DNA of 23,302 nucleotides from an uncultured Thermococci archaeon. Its GTDB lineage: Archaea; CAYQAE01; CAYVLA01. The notes under the pieces are model-generated. The model made no database searches, was not told the origin of the DNA, and worked only from the letters and a program-made list of their open reading frames with translations. How positions within the stretch are numbered: position 1 is the first letter of the stretch; each line of letters begins with the position of its first letter. The stretch spans positions 1 to 23,302 of the forward strand of contig CAZJVP010000091.1 of NCBI GenBank assembly GCA_964549615.1, read 5' to 3'. The position numbers and the translations under genes were made by a program. Positions 17,322 through 23,302 of this stretch are shown here, piece after piece.

Positions 17322-17329
17322 ATATATAT
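17322..17329 (+). promoter_or_regulatory. TATA box (ATATATAT) for paralogue 4
   Basis: GCGCAAGC-ATATATAT about 25 nt before ATG 17354; near copy GCGCAAAGC-ATACATAT at 15972-15988 before paralogue 3. Confidence 0.55.
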
Positions 17330-17353
17330 TCCCGCTCCGTTGGTTTCTTGGGG

Positions 17354-18598
17354 ATGCGAAGGGGCTCTGTTGGCGTGTTGCTGGGTCTTCTGGTCCTAGC
17401 TCTGACTGCCCAAGCCGAGCCCTGCTATGCCGCCCGATCCCGCATCATGCGCGTATTGGCCATGGGGGAGATCATCGTCAGATCCTCGCCCATCAACCAG
17501 TTCTGCGCGGCGGAGCCCTCACTGGACTGCACCCTTGTGGTTGCGAGGACCGAGTACACCGGCTACGATGTCGCGGACGTCAAGCGCATGATCCGTCTCT
17601 ACATGCCGCGCAACATGGAGGCCATGCTGGAATACGATTTCATCATCCTCGACCAGGCGAACGTCTTGTTCTTTTCCCTCACATCCCTGGAACAGATGCG
17701 CTCGGCCATCGCTGATCATGGGAGGGGAGCGATGTGCTTCATGGAAAGCCAGTACTCCAACATCTACGGCCCCTGGCTGGAGACCGAGCTGAGCAAGTGC
17801 TTTCCATACGACCACTGGGCTAATATCGCGGCCGGCCATCCCGCCAGCGAGAGCTACGACCTGGAGGTCGTCAAGGACGATCCCAACCTGCCGCCCCTTC
17901 TGACCGCCTACGTTCCGCTCGGGATAGAGACCGTTAGGCCGTTCGGACTATCACGCCCCACGTATCCGAAGGAGGGCGCAACGGTGTGGGCCCACTGCAG
18001 GACCTACGGCCGTTTCGGCCGGTATCCGCTTTTCATCTCTTGGCGCTACGGGCCGGGCAAAGGCATGGTTTGGACCACCGCCAACCAGTTCGGTGATCCA
18101 ATGTGGTACTCCAGCGATGGCAAAGAACGTTTCGCCCTGGACATCTTCACAGGAATAGTCTGGCTTAGCTCGGGATGGGATCTTACGGATGACCCGCTCT
18201 GGGTCCACAACATGCGCATCTCGTTTAGCACGTTGCGCGTGCGAGCCATCGCGACGCAGAGCCTGATTGAGTTCGTGGACATGTACGGGGCCAACACTAG
18301 GCATGTGGAGGAGGAGTTGGCAAGGATGCTGGAGATCAACAAGGAGGCTGGTGAGCTCTATCTGGATCACGATTTCGAGTCCTGCGACGCCAAGCTCTCC
18401 GAGGCCATGGACCTCGCCGGCCAGATAGAGCGCAAGTGCATGGCGCTGAGGGACAAGGCTCTGTTCTGGGTCTACCTCACGGAGTGGCTCGCCGTCACCT
18501 CGACGATGATTTTGACCCTGGTCGCGGCCTGGTCGCTGATGGTCAAGAGGAGGCTCTACCGAGACGTAAGACAGACTAGGGTCGTCCAGCATGGATGA
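17354..18598 (+). CDS. Exported, C-terminally anchored glutamine amidotransferase-like protein, paralogue 4 (most diverged)
   Basis: Signal MRRGSVGVLLGLLVLALTAQA, RLYMPR, YDFIILD, EFVDMYGAN, ALFWVYLTEWL...MVKRRLYRDVRQTR. Start moved to ATG 17354. Confidence 0.8.
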   Translation: MRRGSVGVLLGLLVLALTAQAEPCYAARSRIMRVLAMGEIIVRSSPINQFCAAEPSLDCTLVVARTEYTGYDVADVKRMIRLYMPRNMEAMLEYDFIILDQANVLFFSLTSLEQMRSAIADHGRGAMCFMESQYSNIYGPWLETELSKCFPYDHWANIAAGHPASESYDLEVVKDDPNLPPLLTAYVPLGIETVRPFGLSRPTYPKEGATVWAHCRTYGRFGRYPLFISWRYGPGKGMVWTTANQFGDPMWYSSDGKERFALDIFTGIVWLSSGWDLTDDPLWVHNMRISFSTLRVRAIATQSLIEFVDMYGANTRHVEEELARMLEINKEAGELYLDHDFESCDAKLSEAMDLAGQIERKCMALRDKALFWVYLTEWLAVTSTMILTLVAAWSLMVKRRLYRDVRQTRVVQHG

Positions 18599-18677
18599 GC
18601 CCATGCTGCAAGGTGCGCGGGACCGCACTCAAAACCGATAAAAGGCCCCACTCCGAGATGGAGTCGGAGACCGTGCC

Positions 18678-19769
18678 GTGCGGCCTTCGGACAGGGTCGT
18701 TGCAGCGCTGTGTCACGAGGAGCCGGACATGGTCCCGTACCATGAGTCGTTCAGCCAAGCCGAGGCATTGGACCTGTTTTTTCCTTATCCACATCGCGAG
18801 GACAGCAGGTGGGTGTTGAGAGAGAGCCGTTGGTGGGGCAGGGACATCATTACGGTGAGCATAAATGCCCCCAACCTCATCAGCCAGGTTTTGGTGCATG
18901 CGCCGGGAAGAAGGGGCTACACCATTGTGAGGGAGGCCTGGGGGACGATCACCTACAATCGCAGGATACCCGGTTTCCACAAGGTCATACACTCCCCCGT
19001 CAGGCTGCCGGAGGACCTTGACCACATCGAGCCGCCGGGATTGGATGAGTACGAGGAAAAGATCCAAGCTATTGCCGATGATGTTGGCGCCTACAGGAAA
19101 GCGGGATACTTCGTCGAAGCATTCCACAACGGGCCGTTTGTGATGTCTTGGCATCGTCTCAGGGGGATGAAAGCCTTCCTCATGGACCTGGTGCAGAATC
19201 CGGGCTTTGCACGCAAGATAGTCGACTTTGCAATGAGCCGCCAACTCGAGCTGTCCAAGGCAGTCATCGATGAGGCCAGGCCCGACGCGATCCGGCTGGG
19301 CAACGACATGGGAACGAACACCTCGCTCTTCTTCCGGCCCAAGACCTACATGGAAATATTCAATCCGTGGGAAAGGAGGCTTGTGCGGGAATACCACAAA
19401 AGGGGGATGTTCGTCTTCCATCACTGCCACGGCAACATCAACCTAATCTTCGAGGATATGGTTAGGACGGGGGTTGACGCGATAGATCCGTTGGACCCCT
19501 ATGACGGGATGGACCTAGCCCAGCTCAAGGAGCGGTATGGCGACGATGTCACGCTTAGGGGCGGCATATGCAAGTACATCGGGACATACGACCGGAGGAA
19601 GATCCGCGAACACATAGAGGATCGCCTACGAGTGGGCGCGCCGGGCGGCGGGTTCATCATCCAGTCCGCGGGGGGCCTGCCGCACGACATGCCCAAGGAG
19701 AATTTCCACTTCTACAAGGATGCCCTGAACCGGCTTAGGAGATACCCAGTCGCGGGCCGCAGCGGGTGA
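18678..19769 (+). CDS. Uroporphyrinogen decarboxylase (URO-D)/MtaA-like family protein, not HemE
   Basis: ALCHEEPDMVP, LRGMKAFLMDL, GNDMG, HHCHGNI, GVDAIDPL, LKERYG, TLRGGI, GGGFII. Confidence 0.88.
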   Translation: MRPSDRVVAALCHEEPDMVPYHESFSQAEALDLFFPYPHREDSRWVLRESRWWGRDIITVSINAPNLISQVLVHAPGRRGYTIVREAWGTITYNRRIPGFHKVIHSPVRLPEDLDHIEPPGLDEYEEKIQAIADDVGAYRKAGYFVEAFHNGPFVMSWHRLRGMKAFLMDLVQNPGFARKIVDFAMSRQLELSKAVIDEARPDAIRLGNDMGTNTSLFFRPKTYMEIFNPWERRLVREYHKRGMFVFHHCHGNINLIFEDMVRTGVDAIDPLDPYDGMDLAQLKERYGDDVTLRGGICKYIGTYDRRKIREHIEDRLRVGAPGGGFIIQSAGGLPHDMPKENFHFYKDALNRLRRYPVAGRSG

Positions 19770-20096
19770 ATGGAGATCGGGAACGCACAACGATGTTCAG
19801 CGGCGAAAGAAGCCCCGTTCGTCATCGCGACAACGCGCCCGCGGTCCCGGATGTAGGCTGCGGTTAGCGCAGGCTTTGCGCTCGCCTCTCAAGCATTGGG
19901 AACTGGGCTGTTGGCATAAACGTCTGAGAGTTGCGCTCCGTTCGACTGCGGCATCTGGGTTGCATCCGCATGGACGACGCGAACTTCGGCCTCGTTGCTC
20001 GCTTCACGCTGGCACAAGGATCGCGTGGGGTCCGAAGCGCGGATGTGCGGTGGCTTGAAGGCGGACGGCGTCACTAGGAGCGGTTGGTGCCCAAGA

Positions 20097-21518
20097 TTAG
20101 GAATCCCAATCGATTCTTCCAAGCCGGTCAATCGCCTCGGCAGGTGTGCCCATCTTGCCAAGCCAGGCGAGCATCTCCCGATGGAGGCGTTTTGCCTGAT
20201 CGGGATCCTCGCGGATCAGGTTCACGTTCTCCTTCGGATCGGATTTGGTGTGGTACAGCTCGGGCGGCTTGGGATCCGGCGGTTCCTGGAGAATGAGGGT
20301 CCACTCCCCGTCCGTGACCGCTGGCCTCCGACAGAAGACGAGTTCCTTGGAGAAGTGCGTCGGCATCGTCCAGGTCGAGATGGCGAGACGGGGCTCCGGC
20401 CCGCCGGTTTCTCCTTCCATCATGGGAAGGAGGCTTTTTCCCTCGACGCCCTCCGGGATCTGGAGGCCGCAGATCTCCAGCAGCGTGGGCATGAGGTCCG
20501 GCGGCTGGACTATTTCCTCGCATCTTCGATGTTCAAAGCCCGGCGCCCTTATCATCCACACCAGCCTCGCCAACTCGGAGTACTGAGGGAAGGCATCGAA
20601 ACGATCGGGGGCAATGAGGCTCTTTCCCGTGCGGCCGCGTTCGCCAAGGAAGATGCCGTGATCCGAAAGCAGGGTGACCACCGTGGTCTCCATCAGCCCC
20701 ATGTCCTCCATCATCCGCAGGACCCTTCCTATGTTCTTGCTTACCAGGGTGACCTCTGCGGCATAGCGTGCCCTTAGGTTTGCGAGCTCCTCGCGGGAGT
20801 ATGCGTCCGCGCGGCCGTAATTCGGCTGCGTCATCGGCTCCCCTTCGTACTCCGGTTGGTACATCCTCCAAAGGTACTCGGGAGGGTCCCAGGGCTCGTG
20901 GACATCGAAGCAGTCCAACCAGAGGAAGAACGGACCTCCGCGCCAGTTGTCCTCAAGCCAGTTGCAGGCCTTCTCGCAGATGCGGCTGTTCAGCCGGTCG
21001 GATTCGTATCGCCACCAGTCGTTCTGCTGTGCGTGAATCTCGGCGCCGGTGGGATCGCCGGGCTGGCGATTGAGGTCAACCCTAGTCTTCCTTCTGTCAC
21101 TCACCAGCTTGGGCGGCGGTCGGTTTAGCCTGCTGACGGGAGCGTCGCCCTCGTGGCCGCGGAGGAAGTCGAAGTGGCGGAAGGGCTTCCAGAACCCGGC
21201 CCTGAGCAGATGGGTGGTGTCCGCGATGAGCTGGGTCGTGTAGCCCGCGGCTTGGAATATCTGGGGAAGGGTTTGAAGGGAGGGCTCAAGTGGCTGCCAT
21301 CCGTACCTGGGGTGACTGAACTTGCCGGAGAAGCAATCCGTCCTCATCGGAATGGTGGGGAAGCTGGACACGCGGGCACCGTCGAAGCACACGGCCTCTC
21401 GGGCAAAGGCATCCAGTTCCGGAGTCTTGACATCCAACCAGCCGGGCCCTCCGTTGAAGCCGAGAACGTCCCAACGCAGCGTGTCGGAGAGCATCACGAC
21501 GACGTTAAGTCTGGCCAA
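20097..21518 (-). CDS. Sulfatase-like hydrolase (alkaline phosphatase superfamily)
   Basis: NVVVMLSDTLRWD, TPELD, TIPMR, PFFLW..FDVHEPWDPP, LSDHG, DLMPTLL, ELY....DPKE..NL. Start at TTG 21518 or 21554. Confidence 0.9.
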   Translation of the reverse strand: MARLNVVVMLSDTLRWDVLGFNGGPGWLDVKTPELDAFAREAVCFDGARVSSFPTIPMRTDCFSGKFSHPRYGWQPLEPSLQTLPQIFQAAGYTTQLIADTTHLLRAGFWKPFRHFDFLRGHEGDAPVSRLNRPPPKLVSDRRKTRVDLNRQPGDPTGAEIHAQQNDWWRYESDRLNSRICEKACNWLEDNWRGGPFFLWLDCFDVHEPWDPPEYLWRMYQPEYEGEPMTQPNYGRADAYSREELANLRARYAAEVTLVSKNIGRVLRMMEDMGLMETTVVTLLSDHGIFLGERGRTGKSLIAPDRFDAFPQYSELARLVWMIRAPGFEHRRCEEIVQPPDLMPTLLEICGLQIPEGVEGKSLLPMMEGETGGPEPRLAISTWTMPTHFSKELVFCRRPAVTDGEWTLILQEPPDPKPPELYHTKSDPKENVNLIREDPDQAKRLHREMLAWLGKMGTPAEAIDRLGRIDWDS

Positions 21519-21749
21519 GGATACCGCCCGGACAAAGGATTCGTCCTCCTTCAAAAGTGTGAACGCCGACCCAGAAGCCGAGCCTCAGACGGGGCGCCGG
21601 CCCGAGTTAGCCCGATGGGCCATTTGCATTTGCCTCGACGGGGTCGAACTCGCATCACGGACTGGCTTCGCACTCTTTCCCCTCGACCCTTTTTCCTGAG
21701 GTGCTGCGCCCTGCCTCGCTCGCCCGTCCAAATCGCTGAGCTGCAAGCC

Positions 21750-22937
21750 TCACCCGGGATAGCCGCTGCCGGAGGAGGGCGCCGCGCGCCTTTCCCTTGA
21801 GATCCTCTCTGCGTAGCCGCTGTCCTTGAAGGCTTTGATGGGGTCCTCGGGCAGGCCCATCTCCTTCCTCATCCTGCCCAGCAGTCCGGAGACATCCGTC
21901 CTGAACGCCCTCTGCACGAGCTCATGGGCGCCAAGCACATCACCGTCCCGCTGCAGCTTGCGAAGCTCCTCCCGGTCCACCAAAAGGGCCTTGGCCCGCG
22001 CGATCTGGCAGTTCGCCACGGAGAGGATCATGGGCTCGATCTTTCCCTCGATGCAGTGGCTCTGGTCGATCATGTATGCGATCCTCTTGGCGCAGGCTGA
22101 CCTCTTGGCATCCGCTGAGAGCTCAGCGCCGACGATCTCGTGGAATATCCTGAAGAGCTGGAATGGGTCCGATGCGCCGACGATCAGGTCATCGTCCCCG
22201 TAGTTGCGGCTGTTGAAATGGAATCCGCCCAGGACCGCCTCATCGATCAGGCTGGCAACGATCTGCTCCACGTTCGTGGCTAGGGGGTGATGGCCGGTGT
22301 CGATGAGGACCGCTGCCTTGGGCCCCAGCTTCCGGGCGAGGATGTAGGATGTTCCCCAGTCCGGGATGTCGGTGTGGTAGAAAGCGGGCTCGTAGAGCTT
22401 GTACTCTATCAGCATTCGGACCTTGCTGGGCAGCGCGTCGTATACCATCTGCAGCGCCTCCTCCATGCGATGCCTTCTGTCGACGAGGTCATCCTGCCCG
22501 AAGTAATTCGTCCCGTCCGCGAACCAGAGGCTGAGGATATCGGCCCCCGTCTTCTCGCATATTTCGATGCAGTCCAACATGTGATCTATGGCCTTTCGCC
22601 TGACGCGGGGATCTGGGCTGCAGACGCTTCCAAGCCGGTAGTGGTCGTCCTGGAAGAGGTTCGGGTTGATCGCGCCGATCCTGAGGCCCCTCTCCTCGGC
22701 GTAGTTCCTCAGCTCGCCATAGTCATCCACCTTGTCCCAGGGGATGTGTAGGGCTATCCTTGGCGCGGCGCCGGTCAGCTTGTTGACGAATGCTGCATCG
22801 TCGATCTTCTCCCATATCGTCCTGGCTGCGCCCGGGTAATGAAAAGTCTTGAAGCGCGTCCCGCTATCGCCGTAACCCCATGAAGGGGTTTCTATCTTCA
22901 GCTCCCGGATCCCGCGGATGATCCCCTCTTCGTCCAT
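21750..22937 (-). CDS. rhaI: L-rhamnose isomerase (RhaI type, xylose isomerase-like TIM barrel)
   Basis: IETPSWGYGDSGTRF, ALHIPWD, NPNLFQ, WFADGTNY, EYKLYEPAFY.TD..DWG, DTGHH, GGFHFN, DDDL, MIDQSH. ATG 22937 is preceded by a GGAGGTG RBS. Confidence 0.93.
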   Translation of the reverse strand: MDEEGIIRGIRELKIETPSWGYGDSGTRFKTFHYPGAARTIWEKIDDAAFVNKLTGAAPRIALHIPWDKVDDYGELRNYAEERGLRIGAINPNLFQDDHYRLGSVCSPDPRVRRKAIDHMLDCIEICEKTGADILSLWFADGTNYFGQDDLVDRRHRMEEALQMVYDALPSKVRMLIEYKLYEPAFYHTDIPDWGTSYILARKLGPKAAVLIDTGHHPLATNVEQIVASLIDEAVLGGFHFNSRNYGDDDLIVGASDPFQLFRIFHEIVGAELSADAKRSACAKRIAYMIDQSHCIEGKIEPMILSVANCQIARAKALLVDREELRKLQRDGDVLGAHELVQRAFRTDVSGLLGRMRKEMGLPEDPIKAFKDSGYAERISRERRAAPSSGSGYPG

Positions 22938-23036
22938 CTCTGGGCACCTCCCAGACCGGGCGGGACGCGTACAATAATGTTTGCCGCACCAGAACGAGTG
23001 GATCGAGCCGGAGAGCGCAGACGCAGAGGGCCCAAC

Positions 23037-23043
23037 ATATAAG
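23037..23043 (+). promoter_or_regulatory. TATA box (ATATAAG) for the sialidase-like gene
   Basis: About 24 nt before ATG 23067, in the divergent intergenic region. Confidence 0.5.
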
Positions 23044-23066
23044 TCGAAGGCCCGACCTGCGGGAGC

Positions 23067-23302
23067 ATGCGTCTTCAGAAGCGTTTCATCTTCAGGTCGG
23101 CGCCCTTCAGGGAGTGCCACGCATCGACCGTGATTGAGACCCCGAATGGGGACCTTTTGGCAGCGTGGTTTGCCGGGACGAAGGAGGGAGCCCCGGATGT
23201 CGGCATCTGGCTTAGCCGAAGAAGCAGGGGGCGCTGGAGCAGGCCCATCGAGGTGGCTAGGGAGCAGGATACACCTTGTTGGAATCCAGTCCTCTTCCTA
23301 GG
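23067..23302 (+). CDS. Sialidase/BNR-repeat beta-propeller protein (partial, runs off the right edge)
   Basis: Hand translation: [77 protein letters not shown], the typical CHAST/AWF.G..EG..DV.I/WNPVL N-terminus. Confidence 0.88.
   Translation, partial: MRLQKRFIFRSAPFRECHASTVIETPNGDLLAAWFAGTKEGAPDVGIWLSRRSRGRWSRPIEVAREQDTPCWNPVLFL

Noticed and set aside
19770-20096. Short ORFs between the URO-D and sulfatase-like genes (e.g. 19970-20077)
   Set aside because: No recognisable features and no convincing RBS.
21640-21690. GGGTCGA...TCGACCC inverted repeat with a GTTCGA T-loop-like word (possible tRNA/ncRNA)
   Set aside because: No T-stem pairing or cloverleaf; at most a generic stem-loop.
22938-23120. 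N-terminal extension of the rhamnose isomerase
   Set aside because: Overlaps the divergent sialidase-like gene; a clear RBS precedes ATG 22937.
1-23302. CRISPR arrays, IS elements, integrases, rRNA/tRNA, Sec/Pyl readthrough
   Set aside because: No spaced direct repeats, transposase motifs, RNA gene signatures or genes split by in-frame stops were seen by eye.

Overview
GC-rich (about 60% by eye) and almost certainly archaeal: BRE/TATA-type promoters, frequent TTG/GTG starts, a PKD surface protein and NurA. Thermoproteota such as Bathyarchaeia/Brockarchaeota is an inference only. About 23 CDS, in order: partial NurA-like nuclease (left edge, absent from the ORF track), small membrane protein, DegT-family aminotransferase, nikR-nikMNQO Ni/Co ECF transporter, transglutaminase-like lipoprotein, hypothetical membrane-anchored protein, FAD oxidoreductase, 59-aa Cys-rich DUF1540-like ORF (absent from the track), five-repeat PKD surface protein, nitrilase-family hydrolase, DUF4203-like membrane protein, Zn-ribbon-fused MNT/HEPN toxin-antitoxin pair, URO-D-family protein, sulfatase-like hydrolase with Thr at the nucleophile position, L-rhamnose isomerase and partial sialidase/BNR protein (right edge, absent from the track). 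The main signal is four dispersed, diverged paralogues of a ~400-aa exported protein: signal peptide, apparently non-catalytic class I glutamine amidotransferase-like (DUF1355) domain, helical stalk, and a conserved EWL...MV+++YR..TR membrane anchor and tail. This looks like an expanded, uncharacterised cell-surface family. No tRNA, rRNA, CRISPR array or transposase was found.
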